This document shows positions 36,303 through 48,400 of a stretch of 64,000 nucleotides of DNA, in pieces. The DNA lies in the NCBI GenBank assembly GCA_002269645.1, contig NIVC01000006.1:1-64000 (forward strand). Direction: 5' to 3'. This DNA comes from Macrostomum lignano (taxonomy: Eukaryota). Both the position numbers and the translations under genes were made by a program. Numbering within the stretch: position 1 is the stretch's first letter; each line of letters opens with the position of its first letter. The notes under the pieces are model-generated. The model ran no database searches, was not told the origin of the DNA, and saw nothing but the letters and a program-made list of their open reading frames with translations.

Positions 36303-39300
36303 CCTATTGGTCTTTGCCTTGCCTTGCCCTATGGACTATTAACCTCCTATTACTCTGTACATACAAAATACTTACTCACTAGCTACATACATTTCATTGA
36401 CAAATAATTTATAAAATCGCTTACTCGCACCTTCTGTTTCAAACAATATAACTAACAATGCACCTTGCTATGCAAAGAAAAAAACTACATATTGATTTTG
36501 GGATTTATTTTCATTTTAATAGAAGTTTTGGCAATTGTCAAGTTCCATTCGTTAAATTATTTTAACTCTAGAAAAGTATTATACAAACTGTTTTAAGTAC
36601 AAATAACTACTTTTAAGAGACTTCAGTTTAATTAGGCACTAATTCTATGCTTTAAGTTCAAAACTTGTTGTAAATATAATATATCTGACATAGAAAAGCT
36701 GCAATAGTCTATGGCTAAAATGTTAACAAGTGAACAAGTCTTGATAGAAACAAATAAAAAGTATTATTATTGATGGTCAAACTGCCAATAAATAGCAAAA
36801 GCTTTAAAATATAGAATTAGTGCTTAATCAGGCTTGTCTCTTAAAAGTATTTATTTTTACTTGAAACAATTGGTATAATACTTTTCTGGAGTCAAAATAA
36901 TTTATTGAACAAAACTTGACAATTGCCAAAGTTTTTATATTTGACTTTTATAGAAGTCATATATTGTAAGGCCTAATTATATATAGTAGTTGTTATTATT
37001 ATAGTTACCATATAAATAGCAAAACTTACTTTTAGGGTCAACGCATAAGATACATCTGGGCCTAGGGTCTTTATTTAATGTAACTAGGTGTTAAAGAATA
37101 TTGAATTTATCAAGATTTTTTACTCCAAGATTTTATATTTTTTCAACAATACAATATGAGATTTGATCAAGATTTTAAGATATATAGGCCTAATTCAAAT
37201 TAGACAAAGCTAAAAAATTGAAACTAGGCTTACCCATATAACTTTAGTTAAAATCATAACCTTTAGTTCATAAAAAAACATAGATTTTTTAGTTCATCAT
37301 TTTTCTTAATATGGCTTAATCCATTAATATGGATGACACTATAATAGGTTGATTTTTGGTATTAATTTGATCGAATTTGAATACAATCTACTTTGGTATA
37401 GCCACTTTGGTAACTGCTACTTTAGTAATAAAAAATGACCACTTTGGTAATAGCCACTTTAGTAACTAAGTAGATTTATGACTACCAATACTATATTTTT
37501 ATGGTAATTAAGTTTAGGAACTATTAGTTTAATAGTTAACATTTAAACTATTTTATTGCCTAGTGTAGTTTAATTTTCTATTTAAACTAAATTATAATTT
37601 GTTTAAATTTGTGCATTACTTTATAACAAAAATTTAAAGGTGACAGAGAACAACATGCCAATGTCCAGTTGAAAGTTGAAATATTAAAGTGAATAAATAT
37701 AAAATTATAAATGAAAAAAGTAGATTTGGTCAACAAAGTTGCTAACTCAAAGATTCTAATATATATTATATTTGGTCAACAAGATGTCTTAGTTTGTACA
37801 TGTATCTAGTGCACCTAGAAATTAAAATGAAATTTTTTTGTAGATTAAAATATACATTGTTTTTAGCTTTAATCCAAATCTTCAAGTTTTCAAGAACCTA
37901 TTAATCAATTGTTTTTTGTTGTTCTTTCTTTAAACTTTGTTTGTAAAATATTTTTTGAGCATATCAATCAATATATACTGCTATTTCCACTTGTTATTGA
38001 AGTGGCTATTATCAAAATGGCTAAATCTAAATTATCTAAATATAACTGTATAAATAGCAAAATTATTATTTTTATGGTCATCGTACATAGAAATCACAAT
38101 GGCTATTTTTACAGTCATGAGGAAAAATATCATTTAAATTAAAATGTAATAGTTAATATTTATCCATTGTATCAATTTGTTGATTTAACACATTTTTTTT
38201 TAAATTTAGTCACCTTATTGTTCTTATTTGCATTGTAAGCTTGTTATTTTATTTAGATGATATTTATTTTTTAAGTGTTGACTGTAAAATAACTATCTCA
38301 CTTTTATATAGTCACCATAATAATAACAACTGCTATTATATAAATAGGCAATCTACAACTACAAAATTATATGTTTGTTTAATATTAATTTAGTATGAAT
38401 TTTCTTAATAAAAGTAATAAAAGTTACATTTTGGCTAGCTACTTTCAAGCTGACTATGGTTTATAGAGAAATTTCAGCTGTGACTAAGCTACCAAGCTTT
38501 TATTTATAGAGTAATATAGCTTATAGAATTATATAAAATGTATTTTGGCTAGTTCATATAGTCCCTTTTGGAAAAAAGTTGTTAAATAGTAGATAGCTAT
38601 CTAGCATATTTTCAGTATGACCCTGCAATGCAGTGCATTTTCTATTAGGCACAGTGTGGTGTAGCACAGTAGGATACTTTGTGTAGTGCTTAGAATCTAT
38701 ATCAAAATGGTCATATACAAAATTGACAAAATGTCAAAACATCAAAAGTTGGCAACATTTTTGGTATGCTCTGCATAGTAGTGCTGTTTTATTAGTGTGT
38801 TACCATTGCCAAAGCAATGGAGAATGTTAAAAACCTTTATTGTTACACCTTACTCCCAAATCTTATATATATGCTAGAAATTTCTGGCATGTAATGGGCA
38901 TGAAAAAAATTGGTATAAAGTATCTGGCGTAAGACATAATCTGCCAGAATATTGTACTGCAGAGCTGGTATATAGCATAGCTGTTTGCATACAAAAGACC
39001 AAAATGTCATAATGCAAGACAGGGTTCTATAGTCCTGACTCCTATCTTGTTGCAAAGCAGAAAAGTCCTTTATTGTTCCAATGACTTTTTGATAATGTCT
39101 GGCATATGTATCATGAGTAAATTTGTTTTCTGGCATAAACCCAAATTTATAGTTTAGGGGATATGAAGTCTAGCTCCAAATGACTAAGAATAAGATTATT
39201 CAAGTGTGTGTATGAGCCTCGCAGGCTAGCTCAATCTTGGTTTGTAGCTTGTTGCTGGGGCACCAGGCCCCAGGGTTCTTTATTTATTTCTCTGCTTCCC

Positions 39301-42279
39301 AGCTTGGGGGAATAAAACCAGCAGGCCTATGCTTGTTGGGGGAAAAGGGTGCAGATAGACCAACTTGTGCATAGGACTTGGACATGCATTGGCTGTACAG
39401 TAATGACTATAATTGCTAGACAAAGACATATGCCTGGTGGGAGTGCAAGTAACAGATAGACATTACAGAGGGGTCACACTTTCTAGTATACCATGTAACA
39501 GATTTGATAATATAGTTATTGCAATGCTTCTTGGGCCTAGTGCACACACATAGTGACCTTGACCCTAGATACAACACATGTACCTTAGAGAATGACCCCA
39601 TTGGTGCATTTTTGCAGGATCCTTGATGCATGTATATGCATTTTAAATTTATTCCAAAAGGGTATATAGTAGTAGGAGTAAAGCCCAAGTTTGGGCCAAG
39701 CCTACATTTGAAAAGTGAAACACTGCAGCCTTGGATTGCATACTATCAAGGTACCTGTTATATTAGAATTGTGTCTAGTGGCTAAAGTTTGGACTGCTAA
39801 TTGCCTGCTAGTTTCTTTGAGACCCAAGAGTTTATATTCTAGTGTACCAATACCTATGTATATTGCCAATAGCTAGGAAATAAAAATCAAAAGAGTATAA
39901 AAGAAAGGAAAAGCTAGAAAAGTATCATATAAAATCTCAAATATGAAAATAAAGTTTGTAAAAAATATACAACTTGTAAAAGTTGGTTCAAAAGACATCT
40001 AAGCAGATTAGGAAAAGCTAAAAACTAAGCAAATAGATGTAGCAAAGCAACTTTTCAGAGATAAAAAAAGCCAAGAAGGCTAAGGATCATGATCTATAAA
40101 AGCTAAGACAAGAACTTGCTAGGAAAAGACCTAGGAAGCCCAATTGCAGCACATAAGCATTTTGGTAGATGGCATCCAATGTGGATCAGCCTGGCTTAGT
40201 GCGGCGTGGCATGGCAGCATGGTATAGAGCAGTGGGAGGCTAAAAAACATGAGGCACTTTCTCCTCCCCTATGCATTGTGCCACTGCGGTGCAGTTAGGG
40301 TGTGGGTGTCTAGAGCACCTAAGCTATGCGCTGCTAGGAAGACAAGAAAATTGTAGAGGCTATGTATACATATTAGGTTTGCTTAATTTTATTACTTTTA
40401 GGTAGAAATGCACTTTTGTTTGCAGAAGTAAAACTACAAAAAATTTAAATTTGTATTGAGGTCTTTAGTAAATATCCATGCTAGTAGTTGTTTAGTACTT
40501 GTAAATGTCAAAACAAGTATGGCCCAAAAAAGACTATGCCTTACTCCCATCAATGGGGGTTATGATCATGGCTGAAATTTGGCAATCAAAACTGAATTAT
40601 CTACAAGGCAAAAGCATCTTTTAGACCAAAAAAAGTGATTCTTTGTTTGAGTTTCTATGCTCAGTTTTTTTTTCAATTTCAAAGCATTTGCTTAGATAGT
40701 TGGGTCTATATTGTTTTTAACCACTGCTCCAAATTACAAATCTAGTATAATGAATATTACTTAAATCCACATTTATATAGGTAATTGGTAATTTAGTAAT
40801 TTAGAAGATATTCAATAATTTATAAAAAAAATTGAAGAATACTTTTTAAAAATATTATTTAAAAATATTTGTTTAATAGTAATAATTATTATTAAAAGGT
40901 TAATAAAACATGAAAAAAAGTAAAACAAAATAATAAAAATATAAATAATAATAATAATAAAATATTACTTTTAAATACTTTTTCTTTTTGGTTATGACTA
41001 GGATCTTGATTAAACAAGTTACAGTTTATTTGTAAAACAAACAACAAAACAGTTTCATTTTGTCTAAATAAACTACATATAACAACTTTTTTTCGATATG
41101 TTTTTTCTAGTATATGTTGTCTTTCTATATTTTATAATTAATAATAGTTTGAATGTTTTATGTTTTGACCCCAATTGTAGCTAATGGCCATTATTGCAAA
41201 TAATATCTGATATAGATTGGCCCCTTACAGTGGCACAATGTGCAATGATTTTGCACTGCATATGGTAATAGCATATCATGCAGGGTAGTGGCATAATGTA
41301 TAGTTTGAGCACTAAGAAGGGGTGTCTTATACACCAAATTGCTAATCCGTGGGACTTGCACTAGTATAAGAAAGGGAAGGAAGGCATCTAGTATAGTTCA
41401 GACCTTAACTGCAATAGAGGTCACGATTATCTTTAACTAGAATTACCTTATTGCTATTCATCGTTATTGTATCAACAGTATTTCAAAAAATATGATTCAA
41501 ACCTCTAATAAGAAGAAGGTTTTCATTTTATTTATCTTCTAAATTGGCCAACAGTATGTTTTAATAGATTAATATATTATTTCTCAACTGTTGACATGGT
41601 AATAATGTACTGTAGTTCTCATTATAAGATTTATTAAATATAAATAAAACATGAGTACAAATACATGAGAGAAAAAAGGAAAGTATTATTTGTAGTTATG
41701 CTTGCACTTTTATAATATTCAGTTGTAGGTATCACTAATATTAGGGAATAACTTTGTTACATTATGTGAAATACCTAGCAGAGCTAGCCAATCTAGCCAT
41801 ATAGCAAGGGGCTTAGCCAATTTGTTCAGTTGGTATTTTGCATTTTTGGTCAAAAAGTAAGTTGCATGGCCAATATCAATTGGGAGGTTGCGCATATATG
41901 TATTTTTTTATGCAATAGTTTACTAGATATTTTTTTAGATTTGAACATTGGTAAAAAAGAGTATTGGTATTAGCTAGGGGTTAGATAGATCTCAACCTCA
42001 AATGCATCTTTAATATCAAATCCCAATGTTAAATCTCAACTATCTTATCTCATTTTCCTATTTTGGTCTCAATATTGTCTTAAAACATAAATAAAGTTGA
42101 GGTTTAAGATTTTATATCTATAGCTTTCCCTTGCTCTATTAACCACATTCACCAACAGATACCACACCCATATACAGGCCTATAGTACACATTAGCAATC
42201 TAGTGCCCCCCTTTGGGTCACCCAAAAAGCAAGAGGCAAAATATTTATGTGAATCCTATTTTCCTTGACACCTAAGCAA

Positions 42280-42518
42280 TCTATATACTAATTTTGCGCT
42301 GTTTCGTGCGTGCGTGCGTGCGTGCAATTGATTTTTTCGAGAATGGCTCAACCGATTCTCTTCAAACTTGCACCATTCGATCAGAAATTTTCCTGGGATG
42401 GTGCATGCATCTTGGCTAAGAAATTGATTAATATAAAGGGATGAAATATTCGAAAAACATGATTTTTTGCAAAGGTCAAGCAGCTCTTTCGACCTGAAAG
42501 GCATTGTAAGAATGCTAG
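42280..42518 (+). mobile_element. Possible non-autonomous Helitron
   Basis: A|TCTATATACTAAT 5' end followed by a (GTGC)n microsatellite and GGCTCAACCGATT. A CTTTC-GACCT-GAAAG hairpin lies shortly before CTAG at 42515-42518. The base after CTAG is A rather than the usual T. Confidence 0.4.
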
Positions 42519-42752
42519 AGAAAAACCTGACTGACTGAATTTCAATTCTGATAAAGATTGCATCACAGCAAGTTGAAAACAGTGCCAAAGAAATGCACAC
42601 ACGACTTGATTTAAATTGCGTAACCATACTGCTAACTTAAATTGAGACTGATACTGGCTGACTGAGAAATTGATTATGTCATAACTTTTTACTCTAACCG
42701 ATTTGCTATAATAATTGAATTATAAGGGCCACAATTCATGTTCTCCAATCGA

Positions 42753-42823
42753 CAAGAGATAGCCTAGATGCGAGCAGACTGGACTGCTAATTCAGCGACC
42801 TGGGTTTGAATCTTAGTAGTGCA
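42753..42823 (+). pseudogene. tRNA-Ser(GCT)-like SINE head or tRNA pseudogene; truncated relative at 39771-39803
   Basis: A-box-like TAGCCTAGATG, anticodon arm CTGGA-CTGCTAA-TTCAG, T arm CTGGG-TTTGAAT-CTTAG. The acceptor stem does not pair. Confidence 0.5.
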
Positions 42824-42904
42824 AAATAATTTTTTTATTAAAACATCCTAAAAACAAAATGCTAAATATAAAAGAAGCACAAACAAAACAAGTCAAACAA
42901 AAGT

Positions 42905-43810
42905 GGCACCATTTCAAACATTAAAGGCCACCATGTCAAACATATATGTGACTCCATTTCTAACATTAAAGAGCCACCATGTCAAACATATGTGACTCCA
43001 TGTCTAACATTAAAGAGCCACCATATCAAACATTAAAGAGCCACCATGTCAAACATTAAAGAGCCACCATGTCAAACATCAAAGAGCCACAATGTCGAAC
43101 ATTAAAGAGCCACCATGGAGAACATTAAAGAGCCACCGTGGAGAACATTAAAGAGCCACCAAGTCGAACATTAAAGAGCCACCATGTCGAACATTAAAGA
43201 GCAACCATGTCGAACATTAAAGAGCCACCATGTCGAACATTAAAGAGCCACTATGGTGAACATTAAAAAGCCATCCTTACAGACATTAAAGAGCCACCAC
43301 GTCGAACATTAAAGAGCCACCATGTCGAACATAAAAGAGCCACAATGTCGAACATTAAAGAGCCATCATTACAGACATTAAGGTGCCACCAGGTCAAACA
43401 TTAAAGAGCCACATGTCAAACACAAAACAGCTACCATGTCAAACATAAATGGGGTGCCTACTATCTTGGAGTGCTTGCTATCTGGAGATGCGTGCTATCT
43501 GGGGATGCTTGCTATCTGGGGGTGCTTGCTATCTGGGGGTGCTTGCTATCTGGGGGTGCTTGCTATCTAAGGGTGCTTGCTATTAGGTGGATGCTTGCTA
43601 TCTGGGGTCCCTGCTATCTTGGAGTGCTTGCTATCTGGAGATGCGCGCTATCTGGGGGTGCGTGCTATCTGGGGGTGCTTGCTATCTGGGGGTGCTTGCT
43701 TTCTAAAGGTGCTTGCTATTAGGTGGATGCTTGCTATCTTGAGGTGCTTGCTATTAGGTGGATGCTTGCTATCTGGGGTGCCTGCTATCTGGGGGTGCTT
43801 GCTATCTGGA
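42905..43810. repeat. Adjacent 22-bp (42905-43450) and 17-bp (43455-43810) minisatellites
   Basis: AACATTAAAGAGCCACCATGTC and GGGGGTGCTTGCTATCT units. Confidence 0.92.
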
Positions 43811-44119
43811 GGGTTGCTGTCCTGGGATGTTTTCTTTTTGCATTGCACTTCATTTGAGCAGGTTTTCTATTGTCTATGTGAAGGCTTTATTTGGCCTTTT
43901 TGATACTTGTAGAGAGCCAGAGATTGTATCTAGATGCCCCCCATTGGGGGGCGAAGATTGCTAGTCCCCCCTAAAAGCCTTGGCATTTCAATAAATATAA
44001 ATATTCTATATAATAATTGAGTCAGTAAACAATTCACTTAAAAAAATTATGTATAACAATGTATGTGTGAAGGCTCAATTAATTGCAAATGGAAAAAAGC
44101 TTAACTTAGTGCGTGATAT

Positions 44120-44393
44120 CATACATGCGCAACAGTCGGCCGAGTCGGCCGATCCGGCCGACTGATTTGGCAGCCAACCAAGGAAGTCGCAAAAATGCCC
44201 ACCCAAAAAATACCCACGCAGTAGTACTAAGTAGCTGACGAGGCATTTTTGCCTGATAAGACAGTCATAGTTACTCCCGCCGTTTACCCAAAGTTGCGTT
44301 AATTTTGCTTTAGGGTTTTTTTACATGTAAGTCGCATTTTTTGTTAAAACTAAGTCGCACGGCCGACCGAATTTTGGACGTTGCGCATGTATG
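44120..44393. mobile_element. MITE-like element, 274 bp, with 14-bp TIR CATACATGCGCAAC
   Basis: CATACATGCGCAAC at 44120-44133 and GTTGCGCATGTATG at 44380-44393. Its internal segment 44258-44350 has a similar copy at about 23388-23485. Confidence 0.65.
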
Positions 44394-45434
44394 TTATATA
44401 TTGTGATGATCAATATGCAATACAATGTACATAATGCTAGAAGGGCCAAAGCTCAAGCCGATTGGCTGCAGAGGACAGAAGAACTGATTGGAGTGGGGGT
44501 TTAAATATTGCAAGGGCCGAAGGGTTAAGTTGGCTGGCGGGAGAGAGAGTACATTGAACAGTGGGGCTGACAAGAGTGTGCAGCGCACGGGGACAGCTCA
44601 CAGTATGTATCTAATATTATTTTTTGCATACAAAGACTAAGTATATTATTGTAAATGGCAATAATATTATAGGTTAAATTAAAATAAAGACAACAAAAAC
44701 TAGGCTTATGTTTTATGATTGAAGACATTAGAGAAAAGGTAATTGTTGTGTCTAGTAACTGATGTATTTGTCTTGTTGCAGATTATCTCTTATGGCTGAT
44801 ATTGCTTTTTAATAAATGCACTTCATGTCCCCCTCCAAATGGGAACATCGGACAAGTATAGCAAAACAGTTAAATTATGTCAGTAAACAGTAAATGCACG
44901 CCAACTAGGGTCAATCTTAGCTAGTTCATGCCATAGCAAGTTTATGGTGCAAATCTGTTAGGTTGCTGCCTAATGCGTGAGCTTCATCTCAGCGTAAACA
45001 TTGGATGCTGTCCATTGTCATCCGGGGTCATTGCCGGTGTAGCAGTAATCTTAAAGAGAAGTTAATGGTTTTTTAGCTATCAAAATAACAAACCAATGTG
45101 CAAGGTTTTTATAATAAAAAAAGATTTATAATATCAAAGTTTTAAAGTACAGCATTGATTAAATGTTCAAAAATTATATTCTTTTAGTTAGGATATCATT
45201 TTTAATTTTTTAAAGAAAATGCTTATCTACTTCTGTGGCTAAAGTTGCAGTATAAGAAACCTCTATAGGTTTATTAATAAAATCTCTATGACTCCTGACT
45301 GGTCCATGTTAAGCGAAACTTAGTGTACTTTTATTTATGCATGACTAAAACCGTCTTGCCAATCAGACAATCCGTCCATTGAAAGCCAACATTCGCTATC
45401 GATAGCAGCAGAACAATAAAGCCATTGTAAGGCC

Positions 45435-48400
45435 ATGCCAGACACTGCACAGCAGCAGCAGAAGGCCGCCAACGGTGCCAGCGGCAGCGGCGGCAAGTTC
45501 ATCGACAGCGTCAACCCTGAAGATCCAGAATATCAACGCCAGATGATACGGCCAGCCGAGATCAAGGAGGACCTGACCCTCATGGATCAGCGGAAGCGAG
45601 TGTCTCTGATACTGAACTCCGAGGCCTTCAAGCAGGAGCTGGAAGAGATTATCCAATCCCAGTTGAAGTCTGGCGCCCATCCGGCTTCGCTAATTGCGCT
45701 GCAGCAGATCTCCGACCTGCTGGTGCCGCACTCTGGCGGCGGAGGCCGCAGCGGCGCGCCGGCACCGGCTGGCCAAGTGGTGACGCCCGTCAACGATATC
45801 CGATCCGTTGACGTGGCCGACTATGACAAAGGCGAGCGGCTGCTTCGCTGCAAGCTGGCCGCCGTCTATAGGCTGCTGGACATCAACGCCTGGTCCGCTG
45901 GCGGCCTGTCCAGCTTGGTTACTGTGAGTGACTGCGTGCTCTATACCCAAGAGTTGTCACTCATTTTTTAAGCTAAAACAGCCCCATTCTGAAGAATTGA
46001 CCGTCAGGCCTCCTAAAGAATCGTCCCTCAGCCATAAAAAATCGGTCCTCAGCCATGAAAAATCGCCCCTCAGCCAAAAAGATCGTCCCTCAGCCATAAA
46101 GATCGTCCCTCAGCCATAAAGAATCGCCCCTCAGCCATAAAGAATCGCCCTCAGCCATAAAGAATCGCCCCTCGGCCACAAAGAATCACCCCTCATTCAA
46201 AGAGAGTCGCCACTCAGTCATCAAGAATCGCCCCTCAGTCATCAAGAATCGCCCCTCGGCCATAAAGTTCTTCCCTCGGCCACAAGGAATCACCCTCAGT
46301 CAAAGAGAATCGCCCCTCAGCCATAAATAATCACCCCTCATTCAAAGAGAGTCGCCACTCAGTCATCAAGAATCGCCCCTCAGTCATCAAGAATCGCCCC
46401 TCGGCCATAAAGTTCTTCCCTCGGCCACAAGGAATCACCCCTCAGTCAAAGAGAATCGCCCCTCAGCCATAAATAATCGCCCTCAATCATAAAGAATTGC
46501 CCCTTAGTCATAAAGAATCGCCCCTCAGTCATAAAGAATCGCCCCTCAGTCATTAAGAATCGCCCCTCAGTCATTAAGAATCGCCCCTCAGCCATACAGA
46601 ATCATCCTCTGTCATCGTTCTCCTAAATAATTGCGCTAAAATCCTCAATCCCGCCCCTGCCTCCCGCCCTCCCAAACGCGCAGGCCCGCGTCAACAAGGA
46701 GACGCAGCACTTCCTGGTGGCCCCGCACGGCCTCCGCCATAGCGAAGTGACGGCCAGCAGCCTGGCTAAAGTCGGTCTGAATGGCGAGGTCGCCAACTCG
46801 GGCAGCTCGGTGTTCGGCGTCAACCAAACCGCCTGGTTGGCCGCGGCCGCGATTCACTCGGCCAGGCCGGATGTCCGGTCGGTTGTCCAGCTGGCCACGC
46901 CGCGAGTTGTCGCCCTGTCCAACAGCCGGCGCGGCCTGCTGCCGCTGTGCATCGAGGCCTGCGTGCTGGGCGAGGCCGCCCTGGCCGAATCGGCCGATTC
47001 CGGCGCCATTAGCGCCGTATTGGCGCCAAACCATCGCATTCTAATAGTGCGCAATCGGGGCGCCTTTGCCCTAGGCGAAACCCTGGAAGAGGCCTGGATG
47101 TACGCCAGCCTGCTGGCCAGAGCCGCTGCCACTCAGCTGGTCTGTCTGCAGGCCGCAGGCGGCAACGTGGACCAGCTGTTGCTGCCCAGCCCGGAGTCCG
47201 CCGCCCGCGCCTTCGAAGTCGGCAACCAAGCCGCCGGCGGGGTGAACCTGAAGACCGCCAGCGGGCACAAGTGGCGCCGAGGCGAGCTGGAGTTCGAAGC
47301 GGCGATGCGCCGCCTGGACTCCGAGGGCTACCGCACCGGCTACGCCTATCACGAGCCCAACGTGCGCACCGAGCGTCGGGTGAAACGACACGAGGACGTG
47401 GAAATTCCGCCATCCTCGTCCTCGTTTACGTACGTGTTCGACGGCGACGTGGAGCATTCGAAACTGGTGACGGCCAAGCAGGTGCTGGCGGCCGGGCAGC
47501 GCGGCCCGCACGGCGAATGGCTGACCACGCCCAACAGCTACCACCGCGAGGAGATCGAAGAGATCAACACGGACAATCCGAAGAAGTTCACCAAATGGGT
47601 TCGCGACGGCCCCGATGCCAAGACGGCTGGCGGTACGCCGATAAAAATCAGCAACCCGAATCAGTTCGCGCCGCAGGGCGCCGATCCTAAGGAGTTCCGC
47701 AACCAGCAGCGCAAGGTAAAAAAGTGCAAATTCAATCTGAAAATTGGCCCAGGCTGTCGTTCGATTCGCAGTCAGGAAGGCCAGCCTTCAAGGTGCAGAG
47801 AGTTTAAAACGACGTTTCCTTTTATATTAGCTTTCCCAAGCTTTGATCATCAGGTGTTCTATCCAACCATTGTAAACAATGACTAGCTCAACGTGACGGC
47901 AGCATTCTCAGCTCTCAATTACAATGAATAAAACACAATAAACTAATGCAGGTCAAGGACCACTACTACAAGGACTCCAAGGATGCCGGGCCTCAGAGCC
48001 GACTGTTCAAAGACCAGCTGACCACTGACGAGGTCAGCCGCATGATGGAGGAAGGCCGCGCCAAGGCCGCCTCGGACGGCTCAGTAGTGGTCGGCGCCGC
48101 TAGCAAGGGCATCATCGCCAGGCAGCATCAGCACAATGCTCTGGTCTATCAAAATTATTATTCGCCTAATCCATTCTCCGATGTCACGGATGAACAGTTG
48201 AACAACTACGAGGAGAGCGTGCTGGGCAAGAAGAAAGGCGGCGGCGGCACCACGGAGACGGAGACCGACAGCGAGGCCGAAGGCGGCCGCGCCAAGTCTC
48301 AGGCTGGCGCTAGCGAGGCGCCGCTGCCCAGCATACCGGAGGATCGGGCTAGCGCGCCCGGCGGCGCCAAACAGCCGACCGCCGCTGGCGCTGTCACGTC

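Noticed and set aside
30600-45400. Search for a transposase, reverse transcriptase or SL RNA gene in the AT-rich block
   Set aside because: No ORF with catalytic motifs and no recognisable leader sequence was seen.
46645-47690. Antisense and alternative-frame ORFs over adducin, OLA1, SDF4 and TASOR-like exons
   Set aside because: Expected by-products of GC-rich codon usage; no recognisable motifs.
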